Source: Octopus vulgaris
Taxonomy: Eukaryota
Assembly (NCBI GenBank): GCA_951406725.2
Contig: CATOCA020000001.1
Span: 6,696,001 to 6,760,000 of the forward strand
DNA length: 64,000 nt
Reading direction: 5' to 3'
Positions 13,777 to 27,571 of this stretch are shown here, in pieces. The notes under the pieces were generated by a model. It worked only from the letters and a program-made list of their open reading frames with translations. It made no database searches and was not told the DNA's origin. Each line of letters begins with the position of its first letter. Position 1 is the first letter of the stretch. Made by a program: the position numbers and the translations under genes.

Positions 13777-15578
13777 CTGAAATAAACATTTCCAAGTTTT
13801 ATACTTCATAGTAAAACTTCTTTATCTTTATGAATAATTCTGTATTTTATTATTGTGAGACATTCATGTAATCAATGGTCAACTGGTGAGTAATATGGCT
13901 TTGGTCAGCATTTTTACACTCTCTACCATGGGACCGTGTAATATACCCAATATATAGGTCTACTACTAAATAGACTGACCTTCCTCAATCTCCTCTCTCT
14001 ATTAAGACATCCTACATAATCTAACAACATTGCACTTATCTCATTTAATAATCCCTTGTTAACACTGCTAATCTCTTTCTTATATTTAATCTAATCTATG
14101 ACATGATTGTCCTCTCATCTCTAGACTTCACTAATCAACATTCTTCTCGTTTTCTACTTAATTCCATGACAACCAAATTGGTCCTCAAAAATCGGACCAC
14201 AAAACCATGACACATCGTTTCAGGTAGGATAAACATAACCCCGCTCTCTTTTTTAAAGGTCACTGTTGGCAATCTTTAATTTTAACTGACCACATCACAC
14301 TTCATCAGAATATAATCTGATTAAGGAAATGTCAATCATCCTCCTTAATAAGCGACTTTTTTCAGGTGAACAATGATTAGTTCTACACAGGTGGAGAGGT
14401 AAGCGATAACAGGTATCCTGAAACACTACTTTTGTACCAAACCTACTTAACTACAAAATAACTGTTCATTTACACATTATTACAAAGGGGTTATATCCAA
14501 ATTGAGAACAAACAATTTATTCTGAAGAATATATAAATCGAACTGGAAACATGAAATTTTGCATTTTCTTTAGTAGATTTGAATTATCAGTTGTTTTCTG
14601 TCCATCTTCAGCTTTGCCATGGTCTCACTGCCCCACCATATATCAGTCAACAAGATAGCGTACCACCATCTTTAACTTTTGGTTTGTCTTTAACTTTTGG
14701 CATGAGTTCTCCTGCCGTTCGTAACTTCCTTGCTCCAGCTGACCACTCACAAATTATAGACTGCATTACTTATTTGCTTGAAACCACATTCTTGACTAAG
14801 TACTAACTCTATCGAGTCTACTAACCAGAACTATTTGCATATCCTTTTAGTCTCTTGTTAGTATTGTTATGTCAGCCATGAATATCTTTCCGTTGAGCAA
14901 TTTCTTCTGGACATTCTGTTAATCTAAGTAGCATAACTATAAAGATCACCAACCAACTGATATTGTGCAACCTACAGCTATTCCAGATCCAGAACCTGGC
15001 AGTCTTTTGTGAAATTCTATCCTATGAAACACATTTTGAAACTGTTATAGCATCTCATCATCAGATCCTTAATCTCCTCCCATTTATGAAAGAAATTCCT
15101 TGTTTCCATCAACAATGTGTGTGGTACAGAACAATAAGCATTAGCCAGATCAAGCCATACTACATCCGAATCCCTTTTATTCTTCTTTGCTTTTTATATG
15201 GTATCCCAGATTTAAAATACATGTTCTACACACACAGACATTCTCCGGATTCTAGTCTTCTGGATATTTTCAGTCATATAACTATCCTTTCTTCTTTCAA
15301 CCCGTCCGATGTCTCTTTGAATGTATTTGATTGTATTGTATCATACAGCCTCTATGAAGTTTGAAGAAAGGGAAAGAGACAACGGTTTTCTGAGCAGCAA
15401 ACCAACGTCTTCCACTTGAATAAAGACAATGTTTACTGGATGCAATGATAGATTTATTATCAGTGAAAAATATGAGGGTGGTCATATTTGGAACCCGTTT
15501 CATTGTAAGTCTGCCAGATTATGAGAGACATCAGGTAAAATAACAAGAATATCTTGTCAGTAAACATTTTAAAAATAC

Positions 15579-15962
15579 AGGCGTAGGAGTGGCTGTGTGG
15601 TAAGTATCTTGCTTACGAACAGATGGTTCTGGGTTCAGTCCCACTGTGTGGCACCTTGGGCAAGTGTCTTCTACTATAGCCTCGAGCCAACCAAAGCCCG
15701 TCGTATGTATGTTGTATGTATGTATGTATATATGTATGTATGTATATATGTATGTATGTGTGTATGTGTTTGTCCTCCCAACATTGCTTGACAACCGGTG
15801 CTGGTGTGTTTCCGTCCCCGTACCATAGCAGTTTGGCTAAAGAGACAGATGGAATAAGTACTAGGCATACAAAGAATAAGTCCTAGGGTCAATTTGGTCG
15901 ACTAAAAAGGTGTTGCTCCAGCATGGTGACAGTCAAATGACTGAACCGAGTAAAAGAGTATA
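15579..15962 (+). mobile_element. tRNA-derived SINE with central (TATG)n
   Basis: Pol III-like head (ggctgtgtggtaag...ggttcagtccc), gcaccttgggcaagtgtctt core, tail aataagtac...gcatgg..cagtcaaatgactgaa. Confidence 0.8.
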
Positions 15963-15992
15963 AAACAAACAAAACCTTTGTCATTACCTCAC

Positions 15993-16037
15993 CTGTTAAA
16001 CCACAACATATATTATTTGGCTGTTCCAAAAGAGAAC
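15993..16037 (-). CDS. Candidate 45-nt phase-1 microexon: (G)SLLEQPNNICCGLT
   Basis: gatttcag acceptor, CAG|gtgagg donor, open and frame-preserving; identical copy at 62738-62782. The polypyrimidine tract is weak. Confidence 0.35.
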
Positions 16038-16266
16038 CTGAAATCTATTTTGCTTCTAATTTATCCATTTCACCAACCGTGCTAACCTGATTGGATACTT
16101 TATTAAATGTCAATAGTATCGATATGTTTAATATGATTAGTTTAATGCTAAAACTTCCCATTGACAGGTAAGAATGGAAGCTGATCTTTATCATTCTGAT
16201 ATCAAAATAGTTCAGCAGAGGATAAACCTTACAGAAATCAATCAAGTGCTGTTATTTTATACTCAC

Positions 16267-16316
16267 CAACAGGTTCAGCCATGTCTGTGTTTCCTTGACT
16301 TCAAATGTTCGATTCA
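16267..16316 (-). CDS. Gene A microexon 2: (V)NRTFEVKETQT..., 50 nt with a 1-bp deletion relative to the intact copy at 63012-63062
   Basis: Same splice sites as the 63 kb copy; cagccATG here versus cagccAATG there. Confidence 0.65.
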
Positions 16317-17634
16317 CTGAAATGAATATTTCCAAGTTTCAAAAATTTTAGAAAACATTCTCTATCTTTACTAATAATCTATATTTTATATCAGAGATTT
16401 CTTTCATAGATAATCAACTGTTGAAGACAATGGTTTTGGTTAGAATGTTTATAGTTTCAACAGGATTACCCTGTAATAGTTCAATATTTACACTGCTTTC
16501 CAAAATTTCCTTTATCTTTTGAGACATTCGACATAATCTAACAACTGTGTCATTATTTCATTTAATTATCACTTGATAACACCAATCTTTTATTAGGTTT
16601 GTCTTTCCTTTCTTATATCTGCACTGAACATATGACGTGAAATTGTGCCCTCACTTCTGCCCTTTTCTAACCAACATTATTCTCATCTTTGCTTAATTCC
16701 AATGGCAACCAGTTTGGTTATCCATGATCTAACCATAAACACATTACACACACCACTTTAAGTGGTAGAATGGAAGTGATTCTGAAAACTCTAGGATATC
16801 TCTGACAACCCGCTTCTATATATCAACCAAACTTTCACCTCTCCTTTGACGTCCCCTTAATCAATGCGATGCCTCTGAATGGGCTGAAAACTCAGTTCAA
16901 TCAAATCTGAGGGGACGAAATGGACATCTCTGTAGAAATATTTACCTGACAGAAACCATCTTCCTGATGTTGTAGTTAACAACATTACAAGGAATATGAA
17001 ACCCTGCTCACACCCCATTCCACCATCACTGTTTTACCACATTTGTCACTAATGATCATTGACGTCAACTAATTGAAAATGTTTCTAAAATATTTTATAA
17101 AATACAACTAATTAGTGTCAAATACGTATACAGAAATGTTCCACAACATAGTGTTTCCTATGAAATGAGGCAAAAACACAATACCATCAAAACATACTGA
17201 AACATAGGGACCATAATCACGGTTCGTATGGATGTGGTCATGTAACCAAGGAAAATTGTAAAACTACAGAGAGTAATAAGGTGTAGAATGTTACTCGAAG
17301 ATGCTAAGTTCTGTTGAGGTTCTACAATTTGAGAAATGATCTACCAATGAAAAGAAGATTCACAATATACAATATGATATTTAGAGGCCTCTGATATTCG
17401 TTCCGGGTGTAAAAATCGTGTTTTTGACAATTTTCAACTCGCCACTTCACCATGTGTCCTATTCAACAATGGATCGAAACTTATTCTCCAAGATTGTATA
17501 CATCTACACTTTATTCGTTCAAAATTTCAAAGTCTGTTCTTAACTTCTTCACAGTTAATTTTATTTTTCCAATATGTGTTTTTTAACAAAATTGCACAGT
17601 TCTCTGACAGAACTTTTATCACACAAGGTCAATA

Positions 17635-18035
17635 AAAGTGACAGGACCAGCAAGTTCAGGGAGGGAATACATTGATTACATCGACCCCAGTGCACAACTG
17701 GTATTTTCCTATTGACCCTGAAGGAGGGGTGAAAAGGCGAAGTCAACCTCGGCAGAATTTGAAATTAGAACCTAAAGACGGACGAAATGCAGTTAAGTGC
17801 ATTAACGATTCTGCCAGGGGTCACCTTATCTATTATTTAATAATATTAAAGCGGCGAACTAGCAGAATCGGTGGCGCGCCGAACAAAATGCCTAGTGGCG
17901 TTTCGTCCGTCTTCACGTTCTGAGTTTAAAATTCCACCGAGGTTGTCTTTGCCTTTCATCGTTTCAGCGTTAATAAAATAAGTACCAGTTGTGTACTGGG
18001 GTCAATATAATTGACTCATTTCCTTCCCTGAAAAT
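17635..18035. mobile_element. Two SINE-like fragments in opposite orientation
   Basis: cgaccccagt..actggta...ctcggcagaatttgaa followed by its reverse-type tttaaattccaccgaggttgtctttgcctttcat..taagtaccagtt. Confidence 0.6.
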
Positions 18036-18289
18036 GATCACACAAGATCAATAAAAGGGCAGATATAAACCTATTTGGTAAAAGGATCTTATTTTACATA
18101 TAAAAATTTATATTTTAAATCATATTATTTTCATACTGAAATGCTTATGGTATTAAAGTAAAACTCCTAATTACAATTTGAGATGTTATTGATTTACAAT
18201 TCATTGATTACATATTAACAGACAATTATCTAAATAGATCATTATTATACGTTTTGTATTTTTGATTGTAAAAATAACTAGATATAAAC

Positions 18290-19530
18290 GATGACAACCT
18301 CTTCTGGATGAGAGCAGATCCTCAGGGCCAGCTTATAAAACCTGGCTCTCTGTCCCAGGTTCTCAAACCAATCAGATAATGTTTGGTTAGGGCACCCGAC
18401 AAGCATTGCTACAGATCGAGGAACGCCATGACCGAAGTCATGCGTTTGATTGGTGCATGAAATTAATAAATCTTGGTTTTCATCTGAGAGTTCAATGATA
18501 CGACCAATGTACCAATCATTTTCATTCGTGTATCCAACATATTTTCAGGACCTTAACTTTGAAATATCTTGCTCAGATGCTGGCCTCTCCTCACCTACAA
18601 GAGTGAAATTGTCATCAGCTGATATCTTCTTCGTTAGAAGATCAGATCTTGAAGAAGGTACGAAGCGGTGATGGGATCGTGTGCCAACTAATTTCACTGA
18701 GCTGCTGAATCGTGAAAGTAAGTCGAAGCTGTTTTCATTTTGGATGACATCGGCTGCCGACATGTCAAAGAACATTATCTCTGGAATGCTTGCACATGCT
18801 CAGCCATACATCTTGCAACCTGTGAGAAAATGTCTTTCCTGGTTGCTTGTAGACTTGCTTTTTCAGCAACACATTTCTTCATCCTACTGATTCCCTCATA
18901 TGTACTTTTTCCACATGACATGGCAAAGAAAAACGACTCCGCTTCAAGTCCTTGATCATTCTGATGATGACAGAGATTTGTTTGCTGTCTCTAGTTCTTG
19001 TATTGGTCACTGAAGTACAGGAGATGGTTTATGAATGGAAGTTCTGTCTTTATATGCGATATCACCCTCGTAATAAAAGCATGCACTGTGGTATTGTCAT
19101 GTTTCAAACAATCAGATATGACACAGATTGAAGTGCATTGAGGGTTTGAACCAGTCTTATAGTAGATCGTGAATGGATGAATATATTGGCCTGGGAGTTG
19201 TTCCAATGAAACCCTTGATCCGAATCCTTTTCTACAAAACTATAATTTTCTGCCAAGTCTGACAATACTGTTGCTTGATTTGATGTCAGATCATCTTTCT
19301 GATAAAAAAGGAGACTAGTTTGAGCCTTTGCTATGAAATGGGGTTGATGCAGAGTATCAAACACATTTTTAGCGGTTTGAAGGAAATCATTCACTGGAGA
19401 AGTTAGGCACATCAGGAAGGCCCAGTCCACATAAATCCTCGTTACTAAATCCTCTGAGTCAAAATCACATGATTAAAATATGTCCAACACTTCAGTCCAC
19501 TCAGCTGGCGAAAATATGTAATTTTACAGC
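18290..19530 (-). mobile_element. Degraded DDE-type DNA transposase remnant (superfamily not assigned)
   Basis: HFIAKAQ..DLAENYSFV..QGFHWNNSQA..HPF..CVISDCLKHD..VHAF..YFSD.QYKN..FFAMSCGKS motifs, many lesions. Confidence 0.6.
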
Positions 19531-19534
19531 GGAC

Positions 19535-20035
19535 TAAATCAAAATCAAAATCGATCAACATCAATGGAAATTGTAGCTGTGATACCAGTGCCGGTGGTAC
19601 GTAAAAGAACCATCCGAACGTGGCCGTTGCCAGCCTCGCTTGACCCCCGTGCCGGTGGTACGTAAAAGAACCATCCGAACGTGGCCGTTGCCAGCCTCAC
19701 CTGGCCCCCGTGCCGGTGGTACGTAAAAGAGCCATCTGGACGTGGCCGTTGCCAGTGCCGCCCGTCTGACCTCTGTGCCGATGGAACGTAAAAAAGCACC
19801 ATCCGACCGTGACCGTTTGACAGCCTCCTCTGGCAACTGTGACGGTAGCACGTAAAAGCACCCACTACACTCACGGAGTGGTTGGCGTTAGGAAGGGCAT
19901 CCAACCGTAGAAACTTTGCCAGATCAGACTGGGCCTGGTGCAGCCTTCTGGCTTCCCAGACCCCAGTTGAACCGTCCAACCCATGCTAGCATGGAAAGTG
20001 AACGCTAAATAATGATGATGATGAATGATGATGAC
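19535..20035 (+). mobile_element. RTE-family 3' UTR / derived element with ~60-bp internal tandem repeats and (GAT)n tail
   Basis: gtgccggtggtacgtaaaagaaccatccgaacgtggccgttgccag about 5 times, then gttggcgttaggaagggcatcc; the same sequence follows the RTE ORF at 49030-49250. Confidence 0.8.
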
Positions 20036-20138
20036 TAGCGTCCTGTTCATGGAAGAATATATACCTCGGGGGAACCGGGAAACCAACCCTATGCTTCTTA
20101 TGGTCTTACATAATTAGGTACAGTTATTTTCTACTCAC

Positions 20139-20189
20139 CAGGTGGTTCTGCTAACATCTGGACTTCCGGCTTTGACGACTTTGGACCCT
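20139..20189 (-). CDS. Gene A 51-nt phase-1 microexon 1: (E)GPKSSKPEVQMLAEPP
   Basis: tttatttcag acceptor, gtgagt donor, open frame, flanks homologous to the other cassettes. Confidence 0.75.
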
Positions 20190-20771
20190 CTGAAATAAAC
20201 AATTTCATGTTTTAAACACTGTAGAAAAAGTTCTTTATCATTGTTAATAATCGATATTTTATTATTGTTAGACAATCCTATCAACATTGGTCAACTGGTG
20301 ACCATCATGCTTTTGGAGAGCATTTGTATAATTTCTTGAGTATTACTATGTAACGATTCAAAATTTAGGTCCACAACAGCATAAACTACACTTAACAACC
20401 CTTCTCTGTCTCTTAAGGCATCCAGCAATTCTAACAATTCTGAAATTATCTAATTTAATTATCACCTAATAACAACAGATTCTCTCTTGGTGATTTATTG
20501 GTATTTAGTCACCATTTATAATTCAGTATTCTTTATAAATTTTATGTTGCAGAAAGTAACCATCTTGAAGTGTGACAAGTCTTCTAATTGGACAAGAACA
20601 ATGTTTAGTGGGAGTAGTGAGAGACATAATATGACAGAGAAAAGACACCTGGAACATCTTTTATCAAAAGTGTGCTTGATTAAGGCAGAATTGGATCTAC
20701 ACAACATGAAATACAATATTCCACACCATAAAGCCCATGAGACAAACAGACAGATCATACAGTATTCTTAC

Positions 20772-20915
20772 CCAAACTATTTTTGCTCGTTATATTCTGT
20801 CCACACTTGAGGCATTGTTTAGGTATCTTTTGGGGGACAGCATTTCTTACACAGCGAAAGATGTTTACATGGAAAGAACGTCTCTGTGGCCACTTCGTCT
20901 TCACAAAACACACAT
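20772..20915 (-). CDS. Gene A RING exon: CVFCEDEVATETFFPCKHLSLCKKCC(P)QKIPKQCLKCGQNITSKNSL, +1 frameshift in the C5 run (20832-20836)
   Basis: CxxC...PCxH...CxxC...CxxC spacing like the first RING of Mind bomb. cctcag acceptor, gtaaga donor. 144 nt observed versus 143 needed for phase 2 to phase 1. Confidence 0.85.
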
Positions 20916-21082
20916 CTGAGGAACAAAAACATGAACACATCCCATTAATAACATTCATTTATAACAAATATTACATTGTGTGCATATTTACAGTAGAGAA
21001 TATTATGCGACACCACAATTAAACAATTACATATGGGCGAATTTGTGAGTATATAAATGCAGACACAGACACACAGACACAG

Positions 21083-21119
<37 letters not shown>

Positions 21120-21237
21120 AATGGACACAAATATTAATAAGTATATGTCATGACATTGATACATCACAAAAACTGATTTACGCAAAGTGAACAACATATA
21201 TTCCAGAAATATAATTCACTTATATATATATATATAA

Positions 21238-21277
<40 letters not shown>

Positions 21278-21457
21278 GAGTCAGTCGCCATGATAGATTG
21301 TTAGCCGCTACACACATTTTTTTCTCTCCTTGTTTCTATCCTTGTTTTTTTTCCGTGTCCCTTTCTGTAGAAGAGCGAAGGCTCGAAACGTAAAAGACTT
21401 TTTCTATTCCTTCAATACCACCTGTCATCGTCTTTTGTTTTTTTCGTAAACTCTCCC

Positions 21458-21488
<31 letters not shown>

Positions 21489-21495
21489 GTATGTG

Positions 21496-21527
<32 letters not shown>

Positions 21528-21529
21528 CG

Positions 21530-23181
<1,652 letters not shown>

Positions 23182-23670
23182 ATCTATGTATGCATGTATA
23201 AATACGTATGTATGTATGTATTCATGTATGTACACTCATTGTATGTGTTTGTAGGTGATTTTCTCAGGATAGCTCACATGGACATGACTGGCTGGGACAG
23301 AGAAGACAGAGGAATAATCTGTTGGTAGAGAGATAAATTCCATCACTTCACTATTTACTTCTACATTTTCTCATTGGTCCCAAATCTTTAAAATAGGGAA
23401 TTGAGAGAGGTGGGTGGGGATTTTAGGAGAGGTATAACAGTCAACGCAACCAATCATTTGAATGTAATCAAAATAGTGTTCTTTCTTTTAATTAGCTTAA
23501 CATCTGCATATTGTTTATTGTTCTTCTTACTGTTGTTGTCTAACCTTTCATTAAGCCTCTAAGACAGTATAATGTATCAGTAGAATTAAAACAATATAAA
23601 CATATAAACACGGTTATATACAAAACAGAAAATGTAATGGTTTATCTTGTCATTGCCAGTGAATACTTAC

Positions 23671-23849
23671 TGCGTTGGTGGGAATAACATATTTAACGTC
23701 TTTTTTAAATTTTCCTTTTCTATTAGGTCCAATGGTGTTCTGCCACTTTTGTTTTTACAGTAAAAGTTGGCCCCGTGGTGGGCTAGGTAGCTGGCAACTA
23801 CCACACCAGAGTACCTTTCTTTCTTTCCCAGTTTCAGATCTTTTAAGTA
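23671..23849 (-). CDS. Gene A last ankyrin exon: YLKDLKLGKKERYSGVVVASYLAHHGANFYCKNKSGRTPLDLIEKENLKKTLNMLFPPT
   Basis: Open 179-nt exon, tttgtag acceptor, gtaagt donor. Resembles the final split ankyrin repeat of MIB1/MIB2 as recalled (S/A..IACFLA..GAD...N.KG.SPLDL). Confidence 0.9.
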
Positions 23850-24356
23850 CTACAAATGATGAAATATAAAATGATGAGTTAAAGATTACACAAACATATA
23901 CTAAAGATGCCCCAAATTACACAACAGTTCAACTACATTTTCACATAGTTTTGTTTCCCCAGTGATTAAACTATTCACACAGCGTTGATTTCTTACATCA
24001 TCTCTTAGTTGAGTCCACTTTTCATTATCATTTGTTTTACTTTACGTTCTACATTAAGACAAAAATTATGATCATTATATTGAACAAAACGCACATTAGT
24101 GGTCAACGTTATTGCTTAACAATGATATTTAATGAGTAAATATTTACTTGCCAATCACAAATGTCACAAACTATTCAATAAAAACACAATATAAAGTTAT
24201 TATAACATCAAGTCAAATATACAAAATATAAGGACAGAAATGTCACAATAATGAAAGACAACAAACCAACAAGAACCTATCTCTACAACTGGCTTGATAA
24301 AGCCAAATGGCCACAGCAAGAGAAATACTTACGGAAGAGTATTGTACATATAAGTA

Positions 24357-25410
24357 CTAGCTTAAGGTGACCCGCTCTACGCGTGGGTGAGGGTGTGATT
24401 GTTACTTTCTGTTGCTTCCTTTGTTTCTTATCGCCATATTCACCTTCTTTGTTCCTCTCTGCTTTCTCTCTCGCATCCCCACTCTCTTACTCTTCATTTA
24501 TCTCGGACTCTCCCTCACTTTCTCTTGCTTTTTATCTTTCTCTATCTATCTATCTCCCATTTATAAAAAATTAGATTTCCGTGCTTAAATTACAAATCTT
24601 CTACTTTACCATGTTGAAAATTTGATTGAAATCGGGCAAAAGGTGTCCAATCTAAACCCCCAATTGTCCCCCAAAATCAATAAAATCCCTATTTTCACAC
24701 CAAAACGACCACAGTAGCGCCCCAAAAGTCTCTCAAACAATTTCTCACCGCAAGTTACCCCCTCTTCTAAATTGTAATCTCCTTCCAGGCCCAATTACAC
24801 ATATTTTTACATAAAAATCCAATTTGTATCATCGTTCGCCTTCTTCATTTGATAGATTAGAAATACATACCCGGCCTTGTTCGGAATTAAAATAGTTTAT
24901 TATTGTTTTACTCGTTTTGGTATTATAACCCGATTTCATTCGGGTCTAAGCGGGCCACATTTTAAAAGATGAGGAATTTTGCCCTAGAGTCCATGCCTTT
25001 CAATTGAGCAAATTCGAAGTTCCAATACAAACTCGCTAGCACTTTTAACATAGGTGTGCATATTTTTAGCACAAATCCAACCACATATGCACACAGTATA
25101 TATATAAATTAACACAATATATCTGTTTAATAATATCTGTTATGACTGTGCGATGGAGGTGGGCGATATTAATTCACCGTTCTAAAAGACCTGTGGCGAG
25201 AATATTTAAACTTTTGCGGTTGTCATCGCTTTCTGTCTATAGATACAGACAGATGTACAGTGAGAGAGGTGGTGCAAGAAAGAGTGACAGAGAGACATCG
25301 TTATAGAGGGATCAAAAAATCACTCTTTTTGCCATAGCAACCACATCTTATAGCTTGCGAATTTTAACCATCGCGGGTCTCATTCTCACCACGCATTTAG
25401 TATCCTTGCC
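24357..25410 (-). mobile_element. Non-autonomous Helitron-like element (3' end at 24357; far boundary approximate)
   Basis: Minus strand reads cccacgcgtagagcgggt (hairpin) ... CTAG|T. Confidence 0.5.
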
Positions 25411-25639
25411 TCGGTTTGGCTGCCATTAACCTCCAAAGCAAAATGTGCATAAAATTTTCGTCAAAGGACTGTCTTATAGATATGAATAACACCACAAATA
25501 ATATAAGTTATACCAGAAAAGAGAACAGCAACAACATAGCAAGGCCTTCAGACATAACAACTAAATCAACACCACATAGACATATCCACGCAGATCAATA
25601 ATGTTTCTTTAATTAAGTGGATTGGAGAGAAAAACAGGG

Positions 25640-26220
25640 TATATAAGGCATCGGATTTTGTGCGCAAGAGAGAAGTCTACCATGGTATGGTTATGTGATG
25701 CATATGGATGAAGATAGCTTCATCAAGAAGTGGTGATCTCTCATTGTGGAGGGAATGTGTGGAGGGGGTAGACCCAGAAAGACGTGCAATAATGTGGTGA
25801 GAAAGGACCGTCAGACGTTGGGCCTCACAGAGGGGATGAAATGGGAGCGATACTTTTGGCAGTCTGCTGTACTTGAGATGATATGCCAAGCTAAGTCGTC
25901 GTTGTCCTTGCATACTGTCATGACCCCTGTATCATTCTTCGTCTGAGATATCCTAATCTTGTGGGATCATGGGTGCTGATGCTTCGGAAAAATCACCCAT
26001 GCTGGTGTCACATACAAATATCCGTGTCGGTGCTGCAGAAAAGCACGCAGTACATTATGTAAATTGGGTGGCATTAGGAAGGACGTCCAACTGTCGAAAC
26101 CATGCGTAAAGAGATATGGAGCCCAGGTAGCTTTTCAGCTGACCAGCTTCTGTCAAAGCGTCGAACCCATGCCAGCTTTGAAAACAGTCGATACATTATC
26201 ATGATGATGATGATGATGAA
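25640..26220 (+). mobile_element. Old RTE LINE 3' fragment with (GAT)n tail
   Basis: QERSL.WYG.V..MDEDS..KK...VEG.C.GRPRKT; family 3' UTR. Confidence 0.75.
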
Positions 26221-26299
26221 TTAATAAGGAAACATCTTTTGATGAAGAAAGTAAGGGAAGTAAGAATCGGTGTCACAGTTGAGGCAGAACACCAACGCA

Positions 26300-26800
26300 T
26301 AGTTGATAAATTGTTCAGTGTTAGTCTGATGGACTATTCCAGTAGGTGGGGAGGTCGCTGGCTGTCAGAGTAGGTTCCTCTCACCAAAGTAGACATTACA
26401 ACAATACACAGATGACCATCAACTGCCTGAATAGTAGTCAGTCATCTGTAGTGAGCTTTATTCATATGGGAATAGCCCAATGTCATAATTCAAAACTAAC
26501 GCAGCGAAAATTTTGAAAAGTTCCCCCAGTTCTGAAAAAAATCGATAAATTCGACATGGAGTCGAGAATCTAAACTTTTTATATGCAACACATCTTCTGT
26601 CTAGAGGACGCAACTCGACCTTTTTATCGCCCAAAGGGACAGCTAGGAACATCGTATACACAGAAGTATTCGAGTGAAGAGAAGATATTGCAACCTACAC
26701 ACGCACCTTCGTTCCCTAGAGGGAAAGGACTAGATTGGGATTAGTCGTTGCCTACTAGGGGCTCTTACATACCCGGGCAATGCCGGGCTATGCTGCTAGT
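26300..26800 (+). mobile_element. Helitron-like 3' terminus (5' boundary approximate)
   Basis: acccgggcaatgccggg hairpin followed by tgCTAG|T at 26796-26800. Confidence 0.55.
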
Positions 26801-27258
26801 ATTATATAAAAGAAATGTGACAGAGAGCTGTTTCAGGCAGAATTCTTCATGGAATGGACAAGATGTATTTATTATCATGGCCCCAGCACTATAAATGTTA
26901 CTGTCTATCATATGAACCTCTCTTCTACCCAGTATCATTGTTAATTCAGAATAATATCTCCTGTCTTGAATAGATCATTTCTCCTTCAAATTTTGATGAC
27001 CGTGTTTGTATGGCCAACATTCGAGATGGATCACCTTCTCTACCATGGAGAGGTCGTGCCTTTGAGGACGGAAGGGGACGGAATAGAGAATAGTGTTTGT
27101 TACATAATAATATAACTAAGGGTTACCATTGTGACTGGATCAGGAAATGGTAATGGAGGATGGGGTTGGTAGGTGAGAATTGCGATATAAACAATGTCTG
27201 TTTCTGTCTGTCTTTCTCTGTCAGTTTGTCTATTTTACACACACACAGACGCACAAAT

Positions 27259-27308
<50 letters not shown>

Positions 27309-27360
27309 CACACACACACACACACACACACACATAGTCACAAACAATGTGAAAACTTAC

Positions 27361-27571
27361 CTGATCTAACATGGTCATGTGCTCCACCTCAGAATGAAAG
27401 TTGTTTTCTCTTTTTAACGCCAGATGCAGGCAATTATTTCCTCCATGTTCGACAACATTTACATTCGCCCCTGGCTATCAGCCGCTGCATTATTCCGAGG
27501 TGACCGTTCGAAACAGCTTCAAGCAATGGTGTCCTATATTCTTTGTTCACAATTTCTAAATTCACCGAATC
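27361..27571 (-). CDS. Gene A ankyrin exon: DSVNLEIVNKEYRTPLLEAVSNGHLGIMQRLIA(x)GANVNVVEHGGNNCLHLALKRENNFHSEVEHMTMLDQ, frameshifted in a G run near 27468-27471
   Basis: Ankyrin consensus TPLxxAxxxGHxxxxxxLxxxGANVN and GNNCLHLA. Polypyrimidine-aag acceptor, CAG|gtaagt donor. 211 nt, not a multiple of 3. Confidence 0.85.

Larger units (their letters stand above)
15281..17250 (+). repeat. Segmental duplication, copy 1 (partner 61970-63970)
   Basis: Collinear and near-identical by eye, including SINE, microexons and introns. Confidence 0.95.

Noticed and set aside
19585-19860. CRISPR-like regularly spaced repeats (also 49080-49250)
   Set aside because: The 'spacers' are similar to each other, there are no cas genes, the context is eukaryotic, and the block is part of an RTE 3' UTR
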